DNA from: a virus
Lineage: Duplodnaviria > Caudoviricetes
Virus record (IMG/VR): IMGVR_UViG_3300042465_004622
Location: 1 to 63,819 of that record
Strand: one strand, 5' to 3'
Length of the DNA: 63,819 nucleotides
The notes beneath the pieces were generated by a model. The model saw only the letters and a list, made by a program, of their open reading frames with translations. It ran no database searches and was not told the DNA's origin. The position numbers were made by a program, and so were the translations under genes. Positions 8,978-17,582 of the stretch are shown here, piece by piece; position 1 is the stretch's first letter; the number at the start of each line of letters is the position of its first letter.

Positions 8978-9219
8978 TGACTGTCTCACCATACGCATCC
9001 CAAGCTAAGATAGCGGCTGCTCTAGCAGTCACGGGATTGTCGTATATGCCGCAGACCAGACAACAGTTGCTCCAAGCCGTCGCTCTCGCCTTTGCAAATC
9101 GAAACGCAGGCGGTGGCGATCCCCAAACCAATCTCTATAATGCGCTTGGCGGTTCACCGCTGGCAACGAGTGATCAAGCACTCCTTCAACAGAACCTCGT
9201 ACTCGCAGCTACTACATGA
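8977..9219 (+). CDS. Small virion protein made of two QQLLQ-type anchor repeats
   Basis: N-terminus homologous to 9216 and 11194 (MTVSPYASQAKI..QTRQQLLQ). Confidence 0.65.
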   Translation: MTVSPYASQAKIAAALAVTGLSYMPQTRQQLLQAVALAFANRNAGGGDPQTNLYNALGGSPLATSDQALLQQNLVLAATT

Positions 9220-10730
9220 CTGTTTCTCCGTTCGCATCTCAGGTTAAAATAGACGCAGCCCTCACTGCTCTTGGGGCCGATTTAATCGGTCAGACCGAGC
9301 AGCAACTGCTGCAACAACTTGTTGTGGCTGCGGCTACAGCGTCAGGCGGCGGTGGAGGAGGCGGGGGTGCAGTTACTTCCGTAAACGGACAGACCGGAGT
9401 TGTCGTCCTCGATCCAGAAGATATAGGACTTACTCTCCCGATTTCCATTTCAAACGGCGGCACAGGCAGCACGACACCGCAAGCAGCACGCGTGGCTCTT
9501 GGGGTTAGTGAAATTATTGCTGCGGTGGCGCAGGTTGTTGTGGTGACGGTGCAAAATTCGGCAACAGCTGGTTGGGCTGGTGAGTATGTTGATATTGATG
9601 ATGGAACTGAAGTTTGTCGCTTTTGGTTCACAGTAGATGGCAGCGGAACGGCACCATCAGCACCCTCTCCCGGGAGGCTACAGGTTGTGGCTCTTGGTGA
9701 TGGGTTCGGTGGTGGGTTTAGTCCAGCTGATGTAGAGACTGCTTTTGTGGCTGCTTTTTCGTCTCAATCATCAGCGTTTTCTGTTGCGTCTTCGGCCTTT
9801 GGGTATTTTACGGTAACTAATCTTACGGCTGGTGCGGCTCCGGGGAATGGTACTTCTCTGCCTACTGATTTTAGTTTTTCGACGTCGACTGCTGGTGCTG
9901 ATGCTATATCGAGGTTGGCCGAAGCGGATGGAAGCCAGCTAACAAACATTAATGCCACTTTTATTCCTAGCCCCGGACCCACCACGAGAGGCGGGGTTTA
10001 TGCTAGCAACAGTTTTACGGGTCAGTATGTCAAGGGGTTGAGCACCAACGGAGATCTCATATACTCAACCGGAGCTATGCCCATCGCCAACGGCGGAACA
10101 GGCCAGACCACAGCCGTCGCAGCCTTTGACGCACTAGCACCAACGACGACCAAAGGCGACCTCATCGTCCATAACGGCACCGACAACGTCCGTTTGGCGG
10201 TAGGTCCTACCAATGGACACGTGCTAACGGTGGACAGCGCAGAGGCTAGCGGCGTGAAATGGGCGGCGAGTGGCGGTGGCAAGGTGGCGCAGGTAGTGGT
10301 GGCTAAGACAAGCACGCCCGTTAGCACAACATCGCAGATACCAACGGACAATACAATACCACAACAAACCGAAGGCGCGGAGTTCCTTACAGCAACAATC
10401 ACCCCAACAAATGCAAGTTCTACGCTAATAATTGAATTTAGATCATGGGGCACGAATAATACTAATTGCAATTTAAGCGTGGCATTATTCCGAGATTCAA
10501 CTGCTAATGCAATACAAGTCACCACCGTCACCAATTCAGTCTCTAATCACAACGTCCCGACTATTTTGCTGGCAACGGTTTCTGCTGGATCTACAGCCAC
10601 CACGACATTTAAAATTAGATTTGGCCCAAATGTCGCAACAACGTCTTTCATGCTTCGATCCAACTCTGTAGCATCATTTTTTGGTGGCAGCGATTCAGCT
10701 ATTTTGACAATTACCGAAATCCTTCCATGA
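9216..10730 (+). CDS. Head or tail fibre protein
   Basis: Fibre motifs AVTSVNGQTGVVVL, two NGGTG repeats, TTKGDLIV..RLAVG; Thr/Ser-rich C-terminal beta domain. Confidence 0.75.
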   Translation: MTVSPFASQVKIDAALTALGADLIGQTEQQLLQQLVVAAATASGGGGGGGGAVTSVNGQTGVVVLDPEDIGLTLPISISNGGTGSTTPQAARVALGVSEIIAAVAQVVVVTVQNSATAGWAGEYVDIDDGTEVCRFWFTVDGSGTAPSAPSPGRLQVVALGDGFGGGFSPADVETAFVAAFSSQSSAFSVASSAFGYFTVTNLTAGAAPGNGTSLPTDFSFSTSTAGADAISRLAEADGSQLTNINATFIPSPGPTTRGGVYASNSFTGQYVKGLSTNGDLIYSTGAMPIANGGTGQTTAVAAFDALAPTTTKGDLIVHNGTDNVRLAVGPTNGHVLTVDSAEASGVKWAASGGGKVAQVVVAKTSTPVSTTSQIPTDNTIPQQTEGAEFLTATITPTNASSTLIIEFRSWGTNNTNCNLSVALFRDSTANAIQVTTVTNSVSNHNVPTILLATVSAGSTATTTFKIRFGPNVATTSFMLRSNSVASFFGGSDSAILTITEILP

Positions 10731-11125
10731 ACCTACCTATTGCTATTTCTCTTGCTCGCCCAGATTCGCAATGGTCTTTGCGAGGTAATACCATCGACGG
10801 CCTAACATGGATTGGTCCCGGCGACGCGCCGACCATTGAGGAACTACAAACGGCGTGGGACAATAGACCGTCAGAGCCACTCCCCAACGCCGAAAACTAC
10901 CAGATCCGAGCATGGATGATCCGCAACGACCTCGACCCTGATGCCGTGCCACAAATGATCACTCAGCTCGTTACTGACGAAAAGGAACGGAAGGAATCAC
11001 TGATGCGATGGGACTATGCCGTCAGAGTTCCTCGGAACTTCCCGCTTGTGGATGCCATCGGCTCACAAATGGGCCTGACTCCCGAACAAATCGACACAGC
11101 CTGGCCGGACATACTTGCTTTATAG
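10727..11125 (+). CDS. Putative fibre-associated assembly chaperone
   Basis: Overlaps the fibre stop; ARPDSQWSLRG..GLTW N-terminus resembles fibre chaperones. Confidence 0.5.
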   Translation: MNLPIAISLARPDSQWSLRGNTIDGLTWIGPGDAPTIEELQTAWDNRPSEPLPNAENYQIRAWMIRNDLDPDAVPQMITQLVTDEKERKESLMRWDYAVRVPRNFPLVDAIGSQMGLTPEQIDTAWPDILAL

Positions 11126-11193
11126 GGTTAACCTACTTATAAAAATAGTACTTTAGGTATGGACAGCAACCATTTAATATCTGCAACTAAAAC

Positions 11194-11568
11194 ATGACTG
11201 TTTTACCATACGCATCCGAAGCTAAGATCTCTGAAGCTCTCACGGCTATTGGAGCGGAACTGATCGGCCAGACCGAGCAGCAACTGTTGCAACAGATCGT
11301 TGTAGCTGCGGCTACGACAAGCACAAATGGAATAGTCGTTACATCAGATGGGTACGTCAGAGTCGGAAACATTTCAGATGGCTTAGCTTTCTTCGGGGCA
11401 GGTGGGCGAACACAACCGCTTGGCGATAACAATCAAAGCATCACCAATGCAGGTTCAGGTCCAGAGTCAATTCATGCTGATACCGAGTTTGATGGCGGCG
11501 CAGGAGGTAACAGTTACACGGTTGGAGGTATCGTCAAAGTATTAAAAGAACTTGGACTTCTTGGATAG
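11194..11568 (+). CDS. Short fibre/decoration protein with the shared N-terminal anchor
   Basis: MTVLPYASEAKI..LIGQTEQQLLQQIVVAAAT nearly identical to the 9216 N-terminus. Confidence 0.65.
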   Translation: MTVLPYASEAKISEALTAIGAELIGQTEQQLLQQIVVAAATTSTNGIVVTSDGYVRVGNISDGLAFFGAGGRTQPLGDNNQSITNAGSGPESIHADTEFDGGAGGNSYTVGGIVKVLKELGLLG

Positions 11569-11582
11569 AAAGGACTAAAACC

Positions 11583-11807
11583 ATGACGCCTGCCGAAACC
11601 CGAGAGCTTGCCGAAGCCTTAGCAATTAACTTGTCGGAAGCCGCGAGAACCGGAAATCAGTTTGTTTTCTTGGCTACACACCTCCAAGTTAAAAGAGTTC
11701 TCGAAGAGCGGATTCCTGATTTACCAGTCGCGATTAAGACTCCAAAAGTCGAGATCAAAAGCAGCACACCTATTAAATTCAAACGCAGGTCATGCCGGAA
11801 CCCGTAG
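11583..11807 (+). CDS. Hypothetical protein
   Basis: ORF in operon context. Confidence 0.5.
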   Translation: MTPAETRELAEALAINLSEAARTGNQFVFLATHLQVKRVLEERIPDLPVAIKTPKVEIKSSTPIKFKRRSCRNP

Positions 11808-12118
11808 CTAACTTTTTCAAAGGTCTGACAACTCAGCACGTAGGTGTCGTGTGGATTATTCTCGGAGCCTCTTTCTGGCTTGGAGAGATTAAACCCAGAG
11901 TCATCGCTGCCGAAATAGCTCACAATGGATTGAAACAAGAGGTTTCTAGGATTGTCGACGCCCTTGACAGTTTTAAGAAAGAAGTAGCTGAGGTGAAATC
12001 AGAAGTGCGTGTTCACGCTGTCCTCATCTCTAGCATAGACGAGGTTAAAAAAGACATCAAAGCACTCAGCACCCAACTAACATCACTGTCTTCAAACCGA
12101 AACATCGTAACGCCATGA
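11792..12118 (+). CDS. Single-TM coiled-coil membrane protein (holin or spanin candidate)
   Basis: TM segment VGVVWIILGASFWL followed by a heptad coiled coil; next to the lysin. Confidence 0.55.
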   Translation: MPEPVANFFKGLTTQHVGVVWIILGASFWLGEIKPRVIAAEIAHNGLKQEVSRIVDALDSFKKEVAEVKSEVRVHAVLISSIDEVKKDIKALSTQLTSLSSNRNIVTP

Positions 12119-12558
12119 AAAAAGCCGAGTTTCTCACTGATTTCCTCCCGCTGGACGTAACAGAAGGGCGGGAAACGCAGCGACTCCGCTTGCTAGAACC
12201 TTTCAGAGTGTATTCTGCGATTCTGGACGACCAGATCGAAGTTGCAGCCGGATTTGAATTTGATGGTGAGTCGATCCCTGTGTGGGCGCAAACTTTCGCA
12301 CCACCATTCGGTCAATCTAGGCGAGGAGCAGCCGTTCACGACTGGTTGTATCACCATGGCGGCTACTACCGAGCCACAGGTCAGCTTGTCCGAGTCACTC
12401 GTAAACAAGCCGACGAGGTTTACAAAGAGCTTGTCATAGCAAAAGGTCTCTCTTTTTGGAGAGCCAACGTGCGTTACGGCGTGCTTCGAGCTTTAGGCTG
12501 GATAGCATGGAACAAAAACCAAGAAACCCGCGAAAATGATCCCATCCTCTACTCCTAA
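12115..12558 (+). CDS. DUF1353-family protein
   Basis: GFEFDGESIP..AAVHDWLY..TRKQAD motifs. Confidence 0.75.
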   Translation: MKKAEFLTDFLPLDVTEGRETQRLRLLEPFRVYSAILDDQIEVAAGFEFDGESIPVWAQTFAPPFGQSRRGAAVHDWLYHHGGYYRATGQLVRVTRKQADEVYKELVIAKGLSFWRANVRYGVLRALGWIAWNKNQETRENDPILYS

Positions 12559-13093
12559 AGCTAGTTTATCACGCATCAGCAAAGCTATCGCTAAAGCCAA
12601 ACTGACAGATACAGTCGTCCTCGTTGGTGTTCGCGGCTACTACAAGGACACTATGGGTAAACCTGGCGTCAATGATCGAGGGATCTACGACGACGCTCTT
12701 TTCATCATCTCACCAACTCATTTTTCGGCTTGGAATGCGAACACAGACCCTTCTACGCATCGTCAAGGCATTGCCAGCCTTGTTACTGGAGTGCATCGTT
12801 ATCGCCGTGGCAATCATGGTATCAGTCGCCCTGGAGGTGGGTACCCTGCTTTTCGTCCCGCTACGAAAAATGAAGAACTTCCTGTTGTCCGCGACGGAGT
12901 AACCAATCCAACTCCCGGAGTAGCTATCAATATCCACAAAGGATCTCGTAACAGCACAAGCAGTGAGGGATGTCAGACGCTACCCCCTCAGCAGTGGGAT
13001 TCATTCTACGCATCACTTAACGGTGAGATGAAGCGGCATAGCGTCAAAGACTTTCCTTACCTTCTCATCAATGAGAGCGATTTACCGTCTTGA
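12536..13093 (+). CDS. Putative endolysin with a YkuD/L,D-transpeptidase-like Cys-His site
   Basis: INIHKG..SSEGCQ motif; VGVRG..YDD..NTDP N-terminal motifs. Confidence 0.65.
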   Translation: MIPSSTPKASLSRISKAIAKAKLTDTVVLVGVRGYYKDTMGKPGVNDRGIYDDALFIISPTHFSAWNANTDPSTHRQGIASLVTGVHRYRRGNHGISRPGGGYPAFRPATKNEELPVVRDGVTNPTPGVAINIHKGSRNSTSSEGCQTLPPQQWDSFYASLNGEMKRHSVKDFPYLLINESDLPS

Positions 13094-13118
13094 TCTAATC
13101 AAACTCACCGAGTAGTCT
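13090..13118 (+). promoter_or_regulatory. Sigma70-like promoter
   Basis: TTGATC-17nt-TAGTCT before the 13127 start. Confidence 0.4.
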
Positions 13119-13126
13119 GTCGCACC

Positions 13127-16100
13127 ATGTCCGACGCCATCAGCGCCAAAAAGCTACTCCCGCCGCGTAGAGTTCCATTTACTCCGCTTTCGACGGACGT
13201 TTTTGTCGTCGAGCAGTTCAATGTCGTCCAGTCTCCAAACGACAGCATTCCTGCATACGGGACACCTCACGACACTATCAGTAAGCTGAAGTCGTGGCCG
13301 AATCACAAGTTCTGTCACCAGACCGACCCCGATGAGCAGGGTGACTACCAGCGGGTTTACGTTGCCGACCAAGGCACGCAGCACCTCTATAACTGGGAGA
13401 CTAGCGATGCCCCAGACTGGCCGACGATCACTCAGACCTTCATTGTCCCAAGAGCGACCTATGTATTTCGCCCAGCCACACCGGACACGACGTATCCACC
13501 CCCACCAAGCGGAAACGTCAACACGACAGGTTACTCGATAACCAGCGTCGAAGAACAACGGATCGGGGAGCCAAGACTCGACAGTCTCTACGTAGCAGTC
13601 AAAATAACGCGAGAGAACGTCGCACTGACGCAAGTCCGCCGTTACGTCGATCTCGACACTAACACCGTTCAGGAGGAGACAGTTCAGAAAGTTCCAGCCG
13701 GAACGTCCGGTTCTGCGGTCGGTGCTTCAGGCACCTACACGGATGTTTCACCACTAAACTCCTATTGGTCCACGTCCTCGACCAAGAAGGCTCAAGGATT
13801 GGCAGGGAACGCCGTCTTAGGAGTGGCATCTCGGATAATGTATTACCGGGACAACTACACATGGCCCCGAGTGCTGAACTACATCGACATTCAGCCTATT
13901 TTGTCTGATCCAGGGGACATTTATTCGCCAGTAGCGAGGTTCGCTTGGAGGCCCGTTTGGTTAGCAGATTTCTTCGATGGCCCATGCAACTACACAATGG
14001 TAGAGCGGTGGACATTGGCAAAACCGATCTTTGGAGGCAACCCAAATTGGAACACGACAACTGGAGGAAGCCCAGATATTCCCGAAGAAACTCCGATGCT
14101 GAAGCAGGAGATAGTCTTCAACGGGGCGGAGCTATCCATCAATATCCCTGCCTGTCTGCATCGGGAAATTCAGATCTGGGACTCACAGTTCTACGGGCAA
14201 TACCCAGCGACAACACCGACAAACTGGCCTGCTACGGTGCTGGCAAGAGTCACCATCAGCCCGGACAACGGCGGCTGGTTGACTCGCATGTTCTACGTCG
14301 ATTCTCCCGATAGTTCAGGAGTGGCTACCGGAATCGACCTATCTCAGACCTCAGCAACCGCCACGACGTTCACACTGACTTGGTCGATAGACGCTGCCGT
14401 TCCAGCCGGAACAATCAAACTGGACGTGGCTACCGACCCAACTTTCAGCAATGGTTTCCTCACTGGATACCAGAATCTGACAGTCACAGGAACGACACTG
14501 CAAGTTTTGGGAGCCACCCGAGGACAGATCTACTATGCCCGAGTGTCGCGCGGAGGCGTGAAATCCAATATCGCTGTGTGCTTGGCTGACCCGCAGCCAG
14601 AGCTTCTGGTAACGCAGAGCGGACAAACCATTCTTTCAGGAGGCAGTTTGTCCGTAGGTTCCGCAGAAATAGGTTCTTCAGTGTCTACCACTATAACACT
14701 GAACAGTGTAGGGTTAGAGTCACTGACAGGTATTACTGCCGTTTTATCAGGAACTGACTCAAGTTTGTTCAGTATCACCGCGCCACCAGTAACTCTGCCG
14801 CCAACGACAACGACCAACCTAAACATTCAATTTACGCCTACCGCAGTCGGGTCAAAGACGGCAACTTTGACGATCACTTCGAGTGACGCAGCCTCGCCTT
14901 ACATCTTGACTTTGACAGGAATCGGCGTTGCCGCAGAAGTTCAGCTTGAGCAGCCTATTGGGAATATCCTAGTCGATGGATCAAGCACCGTTGATTTCGG
15001 GACAGTCACCGATCCCGAAGGTTTCGTGGAGCTAGTCTTTAGGCTATCCAATATAGGGAATACGACGCTACGCCAGATCGAAGCGACGATTACAGGCAAC
15101 AACCCAAGTGACTACACACTACTGCCGCCGACTCTTTTGGCCGAATTAGCTCCGAGCGATTTTGAGGACTTTACAATTCGTTTCTCCCCCCTAAACGATG
15201 CAAATTCCACAGAAACACGCACAGCCACTCTCTCGATCACCAGTTCGGATAGCGACGAAAGCCCTTTCACGGTATCTTTGACAGGTGTTTCTGACAGCCC
15301 AACAGCTCCTGGAGCGCCGGATCTCACCTACAATCCGAACGCAAACGGGACAATATTAAGTGCCGCAGCACAGTCAGATGGCGAAGTTATCGTAGTAGGT
15401 GAGTTCACCAACATTGTCTCGACAGCGAGGAACTACATCGCCAGACTCAACACAGACGGGACACTTGATGCCTTCGACCCGAATGCCAACGGCATCGTGC
15501 GGTGTGTCGCTGTTCAGGAGGATGGGAAAATCATCGTTGGTGGTGACTTCACTAACATTGCCTCTACTGCTCGGAATTACATCGCCCGACTCAATGCAGA
15601 TGGAACCATCGACGCCGGGTATAACCCCAACGCGGATGGAGCAGTGTATTGTCTAGCCATCAAAGAAGACGGAGAGCTAATTGTCGGCGGCGTGTTTGCC
15701 AATATTGGAGGAGGGGCCAAGTCTTATCTGGCTCGTCTCAATACCGATGGGACGCTGGATGCCGCATTTACCTCTGAAGTCGGCTCCGTAACAAACCCCG
15801 GTGCAGTCTATGGAGTTCAGGTTCTGAGGGATAACCGCGTGGCTATTGTGGGGGACTGGTATGACTCTGGGAATACAACGACCACGACCACGACCACGAC
15901 GACCACGACCACGACGACTACGACGGAGGAGCCAACTACCACAACGGAGGAGCCAACGACTACGACGGAGGAGCCAACTACCACAACGGAGGAGCCAACG
16001 ACTACGACGGAGGAGCCAACTACCACAACGGAGGAGCCAACGACTACGACGGAGGGGCCTACCACTACCACGGAAGAGCCTACCACTACCACTACCACGG

Positions 16101-16135
16101 AAGAACCTACCACTACAACAACCGAAGCTCCCTAA
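13127..16135 (+). CDS. Tail / receptor-binding protein with Ig-like (FN3, ASH/choice-of-anchor D-like) domains, delta-60 repeats and a Thr/Glu/Pro tail
   Basis: Ig motifs (VDFG..LSNIG..FSP..TATLSITSSD), repeats QxDGKIIVGGDFT..RNYIARLNxDG, C-terminal (TTTTEEP)n. Confidence 0.8.
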   Translation: MSDAISAKKLLPPRRVPFTPLSTDVFVVEQFNVVQSPNDSIPAYGTPHDTISKLKSWPNHKFCHQTDPDEQGDYQRVYVADQGTQHLYNWETSDAPDWPTITQTFIVPRATYVFRPATPDTTYPPPPSGNVNTTGYSITSVEEQRIGEPRLDSLYVAVKITRENVALTQVRRYVDLDTNTVQEETVQKVPAGTSGSAVGASGTYTDVSPLNSYWSTSSTKKAQGLAGNAVLGVASRIMYYRDNYTWPRVLNYIDIQPILSDPGDIYSPVARFAWRPVWLADFFDGPCNYTMVERWTLAKPIFGGNPNWNTTTGGSPDIPEETPMLKQEIVFNGAELSINIPACLHREIQIWDSQFYGQYPATTPTNWPATVLARVTISPDNGGWLTRMFYVDSPDSSGVATGIDLSQTSATATTFTLTWSIDAAVPAGTIKLDVATDPTFSNGFLTGYQNLTVTGTTLQVLGATRGQIYYARVSRGGVKSNIAVCLADPQPELLVTQSGQTILSGGSLSVGSAEIGSSVSTTITLNSVGLESLTGITAVLSGTDSSLFSITAPPVTLPPTTTTNLNIQFTPTAVGSKTATLTITSSDAASPYILTLTGIGVAAEVQLEQPIGNILVDGSSTVDFGTVTDPEGFVELVFRLSNIGNTTLRQIEATITGNNPSDYTLLPPTLLAELAPSDFEDFTIRFSPLNDANSTETRTATLSITSSDSDESPFTVSLTGVSDSPTAPGAPDLTYNPNANGTILSAAAQSDGEVIVVGEFTNIVSTARNYIARLNTDGTLDAFDPNANGIVRCVAVQEDGKIIVGGDFTNIASTARNYIARLNADGTIDAGYNPNADGAVYCLAIKEDGELIVGGVFANIGGGAKSYLARLNTDGTLDAAFTSEVGSVTNPGAVYGVQVLRDNRVAIVGDWYDSGNTTTTTTTTTTTTTTTTTEEPTTTTEEPTTTTEEPTTTTEEPTTTTEEPTTTTEEPTTTTEGPTTTTEEPTTTTTTEEPTTTTTEAP
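15875..16132 (+). repeat. Poly-Thr run followed by 21-nt tandem repeats encoding TTTTEEP
   Basis: Direct reading of the DNA and translation. Confidence 0.95.
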
Positions 16136-16137
16136 CT

Positions 16138-16752
16138 ATGTGGACCGACAAAATCATATCTGAAAATCTTTGGCGCAGTGCGGAGTCTTTTTCTGGCCCC
16201 GGATCAGAGTTGAAGAACACCAAGCGGATTTCATTCTTCTTGCCTTTGATCCTTAAAGGGTTGGGGGCCAAATCGCTTTTGGATATTCCGTGCGGCGATT
16301 ACAACTGGATGTCAAAGGTAGCTTTGGACGGCGTTAGCTACATTGGGGCGGATGTGGCTGAACAAGTAGTTCAACATAATCAGGCCAAATACCCCGAGGT
16401 CGATTTCCGGGTGCTGGACATAGCCTCTTCTCCTCTGCCTAAATGCGATGCCGTTTTGGTTAGGGATTTGTTTGGGCACATCACCAACGCAGAGGTAGCC
16501 CGAAGTTTGGAAAATCTCAAAGCGAGCGGGTGCCGCTGGCTGCTTTCTACAACTTTCACCTCATGGGGAGAGAATGCAAAACCAGAAAAATCTGGAGGCT
16601 GGAGGATCATCAACCTCTGCGTTCCTCCCTTTAGTTTGAATCCGCTTTTACTCCTCAATGAGGGCTGTATTGAAGGAAACGACAAGTACAACGATAAGTG
16701 CCTAGGTATCTTCGATTTGCAGAACCCCGTCTGTGGTCGCTTTCTCCCATGA
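16138..16752 (+). CDS. Class I SAM-dependent methyltransferase
   Basis: SGPGS, LLDIPCGD, YIGADV, VRDLFGH motifs. Confidence 0.85.
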   Translation: MWTDKIISENLWRSAESFSGPGSELKNTKRISFFLPLILKGLGAKSLLDIPCGDYNWMSKVALDGVSYIGADVAEQVVQHNQAKYPEVDFRVLDIASSPLPKCDAVLVRDLFGHITNAEVARSLENLKASGCRWLLSTTFTSWGENAKPEKSGGWRIINLCVPPFSLNPLLLLNEGCIEGNDKYNDKCLGIFDLQNPVCGRFLP

Positions 16753-17582
16753 AACTAACAATCTCCATGGCCGCGTATGATGACTACGACGGCGTATTCT
16801 TCACCATTCAGTCGCTGCGGATGCACCACAATCTGCCTGCGGACACGGAGTTCGTTGTCATTGACAACAACCCCGTTGGTCAGAACTCTGAAGCTACGAA
16901 AAGATTCCTGAAGTCGATCCCCAACACCAAACTCATCGAAGAAAAAAGCCGGAAGAGCAGCTTCGTCAAATATGATGCCTTCAAGCACGCGACAGGAGAT
17001 GTTATCCTTGGCCTCGACTGTCATATCCTGTTGCAGACAGGTTTCATAGACGCTCTTTTATCTTGGTGGGGCACAAACCAAGGAAGCCCTAACCTCCTTA
17101 CAGGCCCGCTACTCTACAACGACCTTATCTCTAAATCCTCTCACTTGTCGGAGACATGGCGCGGCAACGACTTTGGAACTTGGGCTACCAACAGCGAGGC
17201 TATGAAGATAGGAGAACCTTTTGAAGTCCCTATGCAAGGGATGGGCTGTTTCTCCTTTTGGCGATCCACTGCGCCCCACCCCAATTCCGATTTCCGCTGC
17301 TTTGGGGCCGAAGAGTGGTACATGGCTGAACGCACCCGCCTCAACGGTGGAAAAGTCGTCTGCCACCCTCAGATGGGTTGGATGCACCGATTCAACTGGC
17401 CTCCCCGCACGTTCCCGATGGCTCTCAATGACAAGATCGTGAACTACTACCGAGGATGGCTGGAACTGTATAAAGATACCAATCACCCACGTATGCAGGA
17501 GATGACCAAGCATTGGTTGACACTCCTTCCACAAGACAAACTGGACGAATTGATTAAAAAAGCTAGATTGCCTTCCGTATGA
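16749..17582 (+). CDS. Glycosyltransferase family 2 (GT-A fold)
   Basis: MKLTISMAAY, FVVIDN, GLDCH (DxD-like), FGAEE; ATGA overlap at the start. Confidence 0.85.
   Translation: MKLTISMAAYDDYDGVFFTIQSLRMHHNLPADTEFVVIDNNPVGQNSEATKRFLKSIPNTKLIEEKSRKSSFVKYDAFKHATGDVILGLDCHILLQTGFIDALLSWWGTNQGSPNLLTGPLLYNDLISKSSHLSETWRGNDFGTWATNSEAMKIGEPFEVPMQGMGCFSFWRSTAPHPNSDFRCFGAEEWYMAERTRLNGGKVVCHPQMGWMHRFNWPPRTFPMALNDKIVNYYRGWLELYKDTNHPRMQEMTKHWLTLLPQDKLDELIKKARLPSV

Noticed and set aside
15817-16163. Val-rich and Arg-rich ORFs over the Thr repeat
   Set aside because: Alternative-frame readings of the TTTTEEP tandem repeat.
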